Shown: in pieces, positions 24,256 to 36,069 of the stretch
Layout: every line of letters starts with the position of its first letter
Position numbering within the stretch: position 1 is the first letter of the stretch
Assembly (NCBI RefSeq): GCF_030144855.1
Contig: NC_082709.1
Span: forward strand, 13,330,001 to 13,394,000
Source: Hypanus sabinus
Lineage: Eukaryota
Length of the DNA stretch: 64,000 nt
Direction of reading: 5' to 3'
The notes under the pieces: generated by a model
Seen by the model: only the letters and a program-made list of their open reading frames with translations
What the model was told of the DNA's origin: nothing
Databases searched by the model: none
Program-made: the position numbers and the translations under genes

Positions 24256-26082
24256 TGTTACAAGGGGGCACTGAGAGTGGACCCAAGTGCAGGAAACAGA
24301 CACAGAGGTAGTTATAAACACAACAGTGTTTATTGATAGTTATTAGGGATGCCAGGGCGCCAGGACAAAATGTCAACACGGACGTAAACATTGGATAACA
24401 AACTGGTAAACCCTGGACTAGGACTTGGACTTGGAACCTGGACTTAAACTTGCCTTGGACTCGACTTGGACATAGGAACCTGCACTCAGTCTCGGCTTGG
24501 ACTCGGACCCTGGGCCTCGGCTTGGACTCAGACCCTGGACCTCGGCTTGGACTCGGACCCTGGGCCTCGGCTTGGACTCGGACCCTGGACCTCGGCTTGG
24601 ACTCGGACCCTGGACCTCGGCTTGGACTCGGACCCTGGACCTCGGCTTGGACTCGGACCCTGGACCTCGGCTTGGACTCGGACCCTGGGCCTCGGCTTGG
24701 ACTCGGACCCTGGGCCTCGGCTTGGACTCGGACCCTGGGCCTCGGCTTGGACTCGGACCCTGGGCCTCGGCTTGGACTCGGACCCTGGACCTCGTCTTGG
24801 AATCGGACCCTGGACCTCGTCTTGGACTCGGACCCTGGACCTCGGCTTGGACTCGGACCCTGGGCCTCGGCTTGGACTCGGACCCTGGACCTCGTCTTGG
24901 ACTCGGACCCTGGGCCTCGGCTTGGACTCGGACCCTGGACCTCGGCTTGGACTCGGACCCTGGACCTCGGCTTGGACTCGGACCCTGGGCCTCGGCTTGG
25001 ACTCGGACCCTGGGCCTCGGCTTGGACTCGGACCCTGGGCCTCGGCTTGGACTCGGACCCTGGGCCTCGGCTTGGACTCGGACCCTGGGCCTCGGCTTGG
25101 ACTCGGACCCTGGACCTCGTCTTGGAATCGGACCCTGGACCTCGTCTTGGAATCGGACCCTGGACCTCGTCTTGGACTCGGACCCTGGACCTCGGCTTGG
25201 ACTCGGACCCTGGGCCTCGGCTTGGACTCGGACCCTGGACCTCGTCTTGGACTCGGACCCTGGGCCTCGGCTTGGACTCGGACCCTGGACCTCGGCTTGG
25301 ACTCGGACCCTGGACCTCGGCTTGGACTCGGACCCTGGACCTCGTCTTGGACTCGGACCCTGGGCCTCGGCTTGGACTCGGACCCTGGACCTCGGCTTGG
25401 ACTCGGACCCTGGACCTCGGCTTGGACTCGGAACTTGGACCTCGGCTTGGAGCCTGGAACTTGGACTAGGACCACGAGCCTGTATTTGGACTAGGACTTG
25501 GGCAACAAGGAGACAGAACCCAACTTGGAGTAGCAGCGAATGGCTGGACCTACTCAGCTGGAAGGACTTGGACAATGAAGAGACAGAATCACAGAATGAC
25601 AGTCCATTTGTATCTAGGCTCGGAGTGGTGGCAAAGCAGCCTGCAACACTCAGCTGGATGGCAGGTTCTCGACTTGGGCTCGAAACGTGACCTGACGACT
25701 TGACCCAGGAACAGCGGACGATAGGCTGCCAACTCAACCCAGTCTCAGCCGGCCACGAAAACGACAAAACCCTTACCTTGCTTGGAGCAGCAACAAAACT
25801 GCTGGCAACTCAGCTGGACATGGAAACGATGGAATTCTCTAAGCAGCCACGGGCACTGAGGCAACTAGAGTCCACAGATCTCGGTGGACCCGGGATGAAC
25901 ATAGCTACAGTGGCTACGGTGAGATGACTGGTTTCCAGTGATGGCCCAGCCATCACAGCTGTAACCCGCAGCCTTTATATTGCCGGTACAAAATGAAGAT
26001 CAAGTGCCTTAATCAAGGTGCCCAACAGAACATGGGGGAAAGGAAATAACTAGAATGAGAATCCACGGACCGGACAGCGACA
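24256..26082 (-). mobile_element. Solo LTR (1827 bp) containing a minisatellite
   Basis: TG...CA termini; 5-bp TSD atatc (24251-24255, 26083-26087); TATA-like site near 25975 and AATAAA at 24329-24334 on the minus strand; interrupts a CR1 3' UTR. Confidence 0.85.
24491..25450. repeat. 25-bp tandem repeat ctcggcttggactcggaccctgg(g/a)c, about 38 units
   Basis: Seen directly; 25-aa periodicity (3 units) in the overlapping ORFs. Confidence 0.95.
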
Positions 26083-26622
26083 ATATCCTGTTCTGGCTTT
26101 CTCCCCGTATGCCTTGATTTCTCTAGCCAAGAAACATATCCAGCAACTTCTTGAATAAATTTAAAAATTTGGCTTCAACTGCTTTCTGAGATAGAAAATT
26201 TCACTAGGTTTTCCGTTCTCTGGGAGAAGGAATTTCTCCTGGTCTCAATCCTAAATGACTATCTCTAGACTGTGACACCTGGTCCTAGTATTGGAAACAT
26301 TCTTCCTACATTTAACCTGCCCAGTCTTGTTTAAGTCTTGGTAATCGTAAAGTACTTTACAGCTAATTAAGAATGGCTTGCAATTTATGTATGACAAGCT
26401 TCTATGGACAACAAAAGAATAATGGCCAGATAATTTAATTTGGAAATATACTTTAAGGAATAGATATCAGCTTGGCACATCAATAATTATCCAGTTCTTT
26501 TTTCAGAACTGTATATAGGTAGTTTGACAGACCCCTGAGAGATCAGGAGTGATTCAATTATCAACTCATTGAAAAAGTAGCAGATGGCTCGTTGTCTGCA
26601 ATACAGGCCTATCTTTTCTTCT

Positions 26623-27410
26623 TGATGTGTATTTAATATTTCAGTAATATTTGAGTAATTTTGTAAATATACTGTATTGTTTCTTGTAAATACATATATA
26701 TTGTATATATTTTATATCTCTACAGTGGAGAACATTCTAACTGGCTGCATCACCATCAGGTATGGGGGAGAGGCTACTGCTCAGGATTGAAATAAGTTGC
26801 AGAAAGTTGTAAAATAAATTGGCTCCATCATAGGCACTAGCCTCCATAGTATCCAGGATGTCTTCAAGCAGCAATGCCTCAAAAAGGCGGTGTCCATCAT
26901 TAAGGACCTGTATCATCCTGGTCATGCCCTTTTCTCATTGCTACCATCAGGAAGGAGGTACAGGAGCCTGAAGGCACACACTCAGAGATTCAGGAACAGT
27001 TTCTTCCCCTCTTCCATTGGATTTCTGAATAGACATTGAACCCATGAATACTACTTCACTATTCTTATGTTTCTGTTTTTGCACTACAGTACTTATTTAA
27101 CTGTTTAACATTTGTACTTACTGCTATTCAGTTTTTTTCCTATTATTATGTATTGTGTTGTACTGCTACCACAAAGACAACAAATTTCACGACACATGTC
27201 AGTGATATTAGATCTGATACTGATTAAGTATTCTTGTTTGTTTCAATAATTCACTTTAGGCTATATGTATAAATCTGTGAACTGCGTACGTCGTCATGCT
27301 ATCACATGATATGTATGCTCTTCACAGAGTAAATTCGGTTAGACACACATTTTGGACTTCTGTGTCTTCCTTTGAATTAGTTTAATGTTCTGAAGTTACA
27401 GAACGTAACG
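26623..27410 (+). mobile_element. Degenerate solo LTR interrupted by a Rex LINE
   Basis: TG start and decayed taac(g) end; imperfect TSD cttct/tttct; AT-rich halves flank the Rex insert. Confidence 0.55.
26715..27225 (+). mobile_element. Rex1/Babar-like LINE 3' end
   Basis: ENILTGCIT..., ccatcaggaaggaggtacaggagcctg, tail of ctgat-type repeats. Confidence 0.8.
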
Positions 27411-28622
27411 TTTCTCTTTAAAGTTGAATGAACTGTATAGCCACCAATGTTTCAGGTCTGGCAGCAAACAATCCTGTCTTCAGTGGAATTGCACCAAAAA
27501 TGGCATCAAGGAGCCCTGGTAAGACTAAAGTAAAAGGGGATCAAAGATAACACAAATTCGAGTCATACTTGGTACAAGGGAAAATGGTTGTGGATATTGG
27601 ATGTCATCTTTCCACGTCTTGGACATCACTGCAAGAGTTCCCCAAGGCTCAAACCTTTTCTGTTGCTTCCTCCTGTAACAGGTCCAGGTGCAGGGGATTT
27701 ATCTGATGATTGCAGAATTTGCAATTGCATTTGCAAAACTTCAGCAAATGAAGCAGCAAGGCAGAGGCAGCATTTAGGTGTGGGTTAGTAGGACACAAGT
27801 ATTATTTGTGCCACAAAGAGCCAGGGCATGACCTTCCCCAAAGAGTGAGAATCTAACTATATAAATTGAGAAAATAGAAGCAAGAATGGACTATCCAGTC
27901 CTACAGGTTTGGTCCACCCGTCTGCCTGCTCATGGCTGATTCTTCATTTCTGAAGAAGGGTTATTGATCTGAGTACTTGCTTTCTACAACTAGTGTACAA
28001 GGACACTAGTTCTCATTGCACCTCTCCTTTCCCTGTTCTATCACTGTGTGAATAATAATAATGTGAATTAGAACCAGATAATTTACATTTATCCATATTC
28101 AACTGCAGCTGCCATGCACTTTCTGATCCACAAGATTTGCCCCAATCAAGTTTGACACTTTGAGTCTCTACCGTGTCCTCACAGCTCACAGTATTCTGTG
28201 CTCTGCTCCGCTTTCACCCCAAAGCTTTGTGTGATCAGCAACCTTACGCTTAGTTCCCCTGTCCAAATATGTACAGTATATTGTGAAAAGGTGGAGAACA
28301 GACACTGACCCCTGTGCTTCTCATGCTTTCACTGTTTGTTATCTAAAAAATGGCTTGTTTATTTAACTGTTTCCTGTTTGTCAACCAATTCTCAGTCAAT
28401 ATATAATCTACAATCCCATGTACTTTAATTTACACACTAACATCTTATGTGGGATCTTATTAAAAGTCTTCTGCAAGTCCAGATCAATCACCAGCGCTGG
28501 TTGGGTCTTACCTGTTTTATGAGTTACATTTCAAAACCATCTCGCAGATCTGATAAACATGATTTTCCTTTCATTAACTTATGATGATTGATATTTCCAA
28601 GCGATTTTTTATTGTATATTAT

Positions 28623-29706
28623 ATAGAACCATAGAACCATGGAACACTACAGCACAGAATAAAGGCCATTCAGCCCTTCTAGTCTGTGCCAAAACTTTAT
28701 TCCACTTGTCCTATTGACTTGCACCCAGTCCATAACCCTCCAGTCCTCTCCCATCCATGTATCTATCCAATTTATTCTTAAAACTTAAGAGTGAGCCCCC
28801 ATTTACCACATCAGATGGCAGCTCATTTCACACTCCCACCACTCTCTGAGTGAAGAAGTTTCTCCTAATGTTCCCCCTAAACCTTTCCCTTTTCACCCTA
28901 AAGCCATGTCCTCTCATATTTATCTCTCCTAATCTAGGTGCAAAAAGCCTACTCACATTTATTTTGTCTATACCCCTCACAATTTTGTAAACCTCTTTCA
29001 AATCTCCCCTCATTCTCCTACGCTCCAAGGAATAAAGTCCTAACCTATTCAATCTTTCCCTGTAACTCAACTCCTGAAGACCCGGCAACATCCTAGTAAA
29101 TCTTCTCTGTACTCTTTCAATCTTACTGATATCCTTCCTATAGTTAGGTCACCAGAAATGCACACAATAGTCCAAATCTGGCTTCATCAATGTCTTATAC
29201 AACCTCACCATAAAATCCCAACTCCTATACTCAATACTTTGATTTCTGAATGCCAGGATGCCAAAAGCCTTCTTTACAACCCTGTCTACCTGTGACGCCA
29301 CTTTCAGGGAATTATGTATCTGAACTCCCAGATCCCTTTGTTCTGTCACACTCCTCAGTGCTCTACCATTTACTGTGTATGTCCTATCTTGATTTGTCCT
29401 TCCAAAATGCAACACCTCACACTTGTCTGCATTAAATTCCATCTGTTATTTTCTGGCCCATTTTTCCAGTTGGTCCAGATCCCTCTACAAGCTTTGAAAG
29501 CCTTCCTCGCTGCCCACAGCACCTCCAGTCTTGGTGTCATCAGCAAACTTGTTGATCCAATTTACCACATTATCATCTAGATCATTGATATAGACAACAA
29601 ACAACAATGGTCCCAGCACAGGTCCCTGAGGCACACCATTAGTCACAGGCCTCCAGTCTGAGAAACAATCATCCACTACCACTCTCTGTCTTCTCCCATA
29701 CAGCCA
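28623..29706 (-). mobile_element. CR1 LINE, 5'-truncated, relatively young
   Basis: GVPQGPVLGPLLFVVYINDLD...KFADDTK, MEFNADKCEVLHFG, LYSLERRRMRGDL; atagaacc tail repeats. Confidence 0.92.
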
Positions 29707-29804
29707 TTATATAATATAATAGATTATATCAATTTCCACACTGATATTTATCTTATTGGTGTTTAGGATGGTGGTAAATATTGGTAGCTCAGATTGAGGC
29801 GTAT

Positions 29805-30275
29805 AATGTCGTGTTCGCCAAGTTTGGCAATTAGCTAGCAGATATTTCATCACCAGACAGAACTATGTCAGATGCATTTACAGGAATACAAACTGGCAGT
29901 ATGGAGGCATCTTCCACAGTCGCTGATCTTGCTACATGAAGACCACAAAAGAGAGGTTCTGGCACTGCCAAACACAGAACAGGCATAAGAATTTTTAGGA
30001 GCCTAGTTCTCCCCTGATAACTCCGTAAACAAACAAATCAAAATGGACACTATCTGTGATGCCCTAAGTGCCAAAGAAACCAGGCCAATAGAATTCAAAG
30101 TTCAATGGAAGGGGTAACCAATCAGGACTGAGGCAAGTGAATGGGGGTCTACATAAATATGAGTATGTCCAGAGAGAAACACCAATAACTGTGTTACTAA
30201 GGATGTCACATCAACTGGTGATGAAGCACCTGCAAATTAATTGCCAATCTTGACAAACACCATCAACGTCAAATC
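29805..30275 (+). mobile_element. Penelope-like element remnant (endonuclease C-terminus between inverted termini)
   Basis: Degenerate translation QEYKLAVWRHLPQSLILLHED...EFLGA*FSPDNSVNKQI; inverted arms at about 29811-29856 and 30215-30260. Confidence 0.65.
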
Positions 30276-30328
30276 TTACTGGAGTGTAAATCTCTATATT
30301 TTCCCTCCTCGTTTTATAAATAGTAGAC

Positions 30329-30584
30329 TGTGGCGACCCACTTCCTAGCGCACTCGAACCGGCTCACAAATAGCCAGTGTGCAGGCACAAAGGCCAAGTC
30401 TAGAACAAAGGGAAAAAGCCTGCGGGGGTTTGTGAGTACGTGTCCCTTGAAGCATCCGCGCCCGGGGAGGGCGGGATGAGGGAGGCTTTAAAGCAAGGCT
30501 GTGAAGTTCGAATAAAATCATTTTCAATTGCAGTTTACCGACTCCGTGTTGTTATTTTAGCGCTGCGTGTAGCACACCGTTACA
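30329..30584 (+). mobile_element. Solo LTR (256 bp)
   Basis: TGTGGCG...CGTTACA termini, tttaaa and aataaa signals, imperfect 4-bp TSD agac/aggc, CpG-rich compared with flanks. Confidence 0.8.
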
Positions 30585-30659
30585 AGGCTATATTTACTAC
30601 CCTCCAAATTAACAATTACTTTTTTAACCCTATTGTTTTTAACCCTAAAGTACAAGGTT

Positions 30660-30945
30660 AACAAAAACACAAGAAAGTCTGCGGATGCTGGAAATCCAGA
30701 GCAACACATTAAAGTAGTGGAGAACCTCATCAGGTCTGGAAACATTTATAGACATGAATAAACAGTTGACATTTCAGGCCAACACCCTTCTTCAGGAAAG
30801 GAAGGGGGAAGGTTTCAGAAATAAAGAGATGTGGGGAGGGGAGGGGAAGTAGGTCGCTAAAAGATTATAGGTGATGTTCAAATGGATGGGAAAGGTAGAG
30901 GACTGGAGAAGAAGAAACCTGATAGGAGAGAAGAATAGACTTCAG
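30660..30945 (-). mobile_element. Penelope-like pLTR fragment
   Basis: Homologous to the left arm of 23052-23359; minus-strand CTGAAGA-agggtgttggcct-GAAA-tgTC. Confidence 0.7.
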
Positions 30946-31469
30946 AAGATTATCATGGATCACTGAGTCACCTGTGACAAATCCTAGGGGTCACTGATGA
31001 ATGGAAGTTTGAACGGATCATTCACATCAATACCATAGCTACAAGAGCAGGTTCTGATGCTGGGCATTTTGAGATAAGTACTTCACCTCCTGTTGTACAA
31101 GACTATTAGTGAGGAGAAAATGCAATACTTTCCGTTTGCTTAAACCTGTGCGGCAGTAATAACTCTCAAGAGGCTGAAATCATTGAAGGCAAAGCATCCC
31201 ACTTGATTGACACTTCATAATCATCCTAAATGTTCATCTCCTCTACTGCTATGCACCATATGGACCACTCTGGAGTTTAGTAATGCACTTGGCAAGGTTC
31301 GTCATGGTAGGCTGACCCAGAAGGTGAGTGGGATCCATAATAACTTGGTAGATTGAATGCTCAAGTTAGGCGGTCTTTCATTGATTCTATTACGGTTATT
31401 ATCCTGTAGCTTTACTGAGTATGTCCACAAGAAAATGAATCTCACGGTTGAGATGGTGACATATACATA

Positions 31470-32140
31470 CCTACTCACTTGCTGTCCATTACGTCACTGA
31501 CACTCAGGGCAGCAATGAAGATCCTCCATCTCTCTCTGTTCCTGGCCAACTTCTCTTTTGTGCCCTAGATGTGGTTCAGGGTCTTCAGTTCTGCCTTACG
31601 CTATGCCACCAAGTTGTCTTTGACCTCCTGTGTTTCCTCCACCCTTCAGGGGTCCAATGAAGTGCTAAGCCGATGATGGAGTTGGCCCCTTTTCTCATCA
31701 TGTGCCCAATCATTCTCCAATGTTTCCTCATGCTAATTGTGGGCTCTTGATGACACTGAAGTAGTAGGGTGTTGTTGGTGATCTTTTTTGGCCAGAAAAT
31801 ACGGAGGATCCTCTGAAGGCTCACGGTGTACAAAGACAAAAAATTGGTAAGGTCACTCTCTGTCATGTGCTGGCATTCTGACCCATACGAGAGTGTGGAC
31901 AGAACACAGCTCCAGTACAGTTTCACCTTGGTGTGGATGCTATATTTGGTTGATCCCCATATGTTGCTTATTGATCTGAAGATGTTTCTAGTTTTGCTGA
32001 GTTTGCACTGAATATTGTTTTTGGTCTCACCATCTGGCCAAATGATGCCGGCCAGGTTAGTGAATCTTCTGGTGCTGGGTAAGTCGATGCCATATATCTT
32101 GACAGGAGGAGAAGACTCTATATTCAGGGTAATAAAATTT
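31470..32140 (-). mobile_element. RTE-clade LINE 3' fragment
   Basis: TKVKLYWSCVLSTLSYGSEC...LQRILRIFWP...WRMIGHMMR...ALHWTPEG. Confidence 0.85.
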
Positions 32141-32454
32141 ACTTTCAACTTTGAATTCGAAATTGGCTTGGTCATAGAAGACAGAGTGTGGTGATGGAAT
32201 GGTTTTGTTCGGACAGGAAGCCTGGACCAGTGTTGTTTGGCAGAGATCAGAGGTGGGATTCCTGTTGCTTGTACCTTGGTCAAAAATGTAGATGGATTGA
32301 TAAGTAATCGGCAGATGACACAAACGTTGGTGGAACTCTGAGCAGTGTGTAAGGTTATCAAAGAATGCAGCAGGATATAGATTAGATACAGATATGAGCT
32401 GAGAAATGGCAGAAGGAGTTTAATATGTGAAGTGTTGTGTTTTGTAAGTAACAA

Positions 32455-32740
32455 ATGAGGAAGTGTTGTGAAAAACCGAATAAGAGGAGAGCTGATATCA
32501 TCAGTCAGGAAACAGCCGATGGAATTTCTGGGACATGTACTGAAGAAAGAGATGCTTTCAGTGGCTGGAAAAACTGATGGAAGAAAAAGCTGCAATCAAT
32601 AGCATATGACCTTCATGAGTTACATTAAGGAATAGGCAGACAAAAGTTTGGAAGAGCTTATTAGAACTTCTCAGATTAAAGAGAGATAGAAAACCATGAT
32701 CACTCATGTCATATGAAAGATATATAATGATGATGATGTT
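32455..32740 (+). mobile_element. RTE-clade LINE 3' end inserted in a CR1 fragment
   Basis: RKQPMEFLGHVLKKE motif and (gat)n tail; CR1 sequence resumes on both sides. Confidence 0.6.
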
Positions 32741-32904
32741 GTATTTTGAGAGGTTAAATGTAAAGGGAAAGTATACAGTAACTGGCCTTTAACAGCATTG
32801 ACATACCAAGGGAGTTTGGGGTCCAAGTGGCGACACAAATGGATTGGATGATAAAGAAAGCATTTGCTATGTTTGCCTTCCTTGGTCAGGACACCAATGA
32901 AAAT

Positions 32905-34355
32905 TCACTGCAAATGTCACTTCACACTTCAAAAAAGGAGGAAGACAAAAGACAGGAAATTGTAGGCCAGTTACCCTAACCTCAGTGGTTGGAAGTGTGT
33001 TGGAGACTATTATTAAAGGTGATGCTTTGGGGTACTTGAAGGTTAATGATAAAATAAGTCAAAGTCAGCATGGTTTCTGTAAAGGGAAATCTTGCCTGAC
33101 AAATCTGTTGGAGTTCTTCGAGGAAGTAACAAGCAGGGTGGACAAAGGAGAGGCAGTGGATGTCATCTACTTGGATTTTCAAAAAGGTATTGGATAAGGT
33201 GCCACACATGAAGCTGGTTAACAAGATAAAATCCTATGGCATTACAGGAAAGATACTGGCATGGATAGCAGAATGGCTGACAGGCAGGAAGCGGTGAGTG
33301 GAGCCTTTTCTGGTTGGCTTCTGGAGACTAGTGGTGTTCCTCAGAGGTCAGTATTGGGACTGCTACTCTCATGTTGTTTGTCAATGATTTGGAAAATCAA
33401 ATTGATAGTTATGTGGCAAAGTTTGCGGATGATACGAAGATAGGCAGAGGGGTAGTACTGAGGAAGCAATGCGATTGCAGCAGGACCTAGGCAAGCAGGA
33501 AGATTGGGCAAAAATATGGCAGATGAAATACGGTGCTGGGAAACATATGATAATACATTTTGGTAAAAGGAACAATAGCGGGGACTATTAACTAAATTGG
33601 GAGAGGTTCAAACATCAGTTGTGCAGAGGGTCTTGGGAGTCCTCGTGCAAGACTCCCAGAATGTTTAAATATAGGTCGAGCCTGTGGTAAAGAATGCAAA
33701 TGGATTGTTGGCATTTATTTCAATGGGAATAGAATAGAATGGGAATAGAAGCAGAGAGATAATGCTGAGGCTTTATAAGACACTAATCAGGCCGCCCTTA
33801 GAGTATTGTCAACAGTTTTGGGCCCCATATCTCAGAAAGGATGAATTGTCATTGGACAGAGTCCAGAGGAGGTTCATGAGGATAATTCCGGGAAAGAAGG
33901 GGCTAACATATGAGGAGCATTTGGCAGCTTTGAGCCTGTACTCAATGGAATTTAGAAGAATACATGGGGATCTCATTGAAACCTACAAAATGTTGAAAGG
34001 ACTAGATAGGATGGATGTGGAGAGGATGTTTCCTATGGTGGGACGTATCCAGGACTGAAGGGCACAGCCTCAAAATGGAGGGAGGGCATTTTAGAACAGA
34101 AGTAAGATGAATTCTTTTAGCCAGAGAATAGTGAATCTGTGGAATTCTCTGCCAAAAATTGCAGTGGAGGCCAAGTCCGTGGATATATTTAAATCAGAAT
34201 TTGATAGTTTCCTGATTGATCAGGGCATCAAACAATATGGTGAGAAGGCAGGAGTATGGGGTTGAGTGGGATCCGGGATTTGCCATGATGGAATGACGGA
34301 GCAGACTCGATGGGCTGAATGGTCTAATTCTGCTCCTATGTCCTATGATCTTATG
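32905..34355 (+). mobile_element. CR1 LINE RT to 3' end
   Basis: SQHGFCKGKSCLTNLLEFFEEVT...VDVIYLDFQK, LYKTLIRPPLEYC, 3' UTR. Confidence 0.92.
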
Positions 34356-34916
34356 GACACAGCATAAAAATCAGGAAGTCATATGTTGTTCATTTGAAGG
34401 ACATCTGAGTTGCTAATATTCTGGAAACGGCAACTCAATGATGTTGACTGTAAGCATTTCCATCCACCTTCCTAGGAATTGGGAACTATTATTTTACCAC
34501 CTGCTCTTTCATTAGTTATTGAACATCAGAAAACTGATTTATTAATTTTCATAATCAAAAAACATGGTGTTGATGGTGTAAATCATAAATAAAAATCAAT
34601 GCTAGAAATACTCTACAGATCAGGCACCATCTGTGGAGGGAGTTAGTTACTGTTTCAAGTTGATGAACTTCTAACAGAACACAATCTTTCTGTTACAACA
34701 GAGGAAAAATTTAAAATTTGAAATCTGAAAATCCCTCTAAGATGCAGAATTTTAGCTTTAGGAGCTTCTATCATCATCTCATTTAGACTTGCTTAATGTT
34801 TTCTTAAGACAGATTCAATAGACACTCTAATTTGAGAATCTTCATCAGCATCAGCTTACAGGAAAAGAAATAAGGTACTTCTAATTCTGCCGTTATACAG
34901 TCAGAGAGTCATACGT

Positions 34917-35600
34917 GGGTGGCAGGGTGGAGATACGTCTCTACCAAAGGCGGTGTAAACACTGCTCAGAAGAAGGCAATGGCAAACCACTTCTGTTGAA
35001 AAATTTGACAAGAACAATCATGGTCATGGAAATACCATGATCGCCCATGTCATATGACACAGTGCATAATGGACAAACAACAGTCATGCAGCTTAGAAAT
35101 AGGCTTTTTAGTCCACCATGTTCCTGTTAATCATTTAAAATAACTCAATTTGCCAGCTCTTGGTCCATAGCATTCTATATTTTGGTGATAAAGGAGCTCA
35201 TTTGGTTCCTTGGAATCATTGAATCATAAAACTATTGTTTGTTCATCATGTGCCATGTTGTATGACATAGACAATCATTGTCTTTTCACGATCATGATTG
35301 TTCTTGGCAAATTTTTCTGCAAAAGTGGTTTGCCATTGCCTTCTTCTGGGCAGAGTCTTTATAAGTTAGGAGACTCCAGCCATTATCAATACTCTTCAGT
35401 AACTATCTGCCTGACATCAGTGTCGAATAACCCAAACTTGCGATATGCACCTGCTACTTATATGACTATTCTCCACCTGCTCCTCTGATCAGGGTGGCTA
35501 AACAGGTACTACACCTTGCGTAAGGATGACCTGCAGGCTAGCGGAGGGAAGCAGCGCTTTACACTTCCTTTGGTAGAGACGTATCTCCACCCCACCACCC
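34917..35600. mobile_element. Two inverted copies of the RTE-related non-autonomous element
   Basis: gggtggcagggtggagatacgtctctaccaaagg at 34917 and its near reverse complement ending at 35600. Confidence 0.75.
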
Positions 35601-36069
35601 CAGAACTACAGTCTATAGTATAAAAACAAGCCACATTGGCTAACTTCATCCATACCAATCTCTGTGAGTCCCATTTGTTTGTATTAGGTCCTCTATGTTT
35701 TGTTTTAATCCATTGCTTTTTTGAAAAAAAAATTGTTATCTGTATCTACCACATCTTCTGGCATCTCTTTCCAAATTAGCATCAGGTTCTGTGTGTGAAA
35801 CAAGCCTGGTCCGCACAGTGTTTCCTCATTACTGTAATGTTCCATTCCAAGCAGCATCCCACTGAATCTTCTTTGCACCTTTTCCAGTGTAATCACAACT
35901 TCCTTACATTGTGGTGATTAAAACTGTACACAGTATTCCAGCCATTGCCTAATCAATGTTTTTTTTTCTTACCTCAAATTCCATTTTCAAAATATTTTAT
36001 TCTGCAGGTAAGCTTCTCCAATTTTAATGAAACAATTGTTTCAGAATTATCCTGGAAGGTTTATAGTCA

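Noticed and set aside
24491-25450. CRISPR-like array
   Set aside because: Units are head-to-tail with no unique spacers, there are no cas genes, and the context is eukaryotic
24418-25767. Five long overlapping ORFs (315-449 aa) on both strands
   Set aside because: They arise from a stop-free 25-bp tandem repeat inside a solo LTR; no evidence of a real protein
27660-27780. Plus-strand exon-like segment after a pyrimidine tract
   Set aside because: Reads like a decayed LINE RT (LSDDC resembling FADDC) rather than a host exon
31585-32595. 336-aa ORF as a gene
   Set aside because: Chance fusion of antisense CR1/RTE sequence with an RTE ORF2 C-terminal fragment
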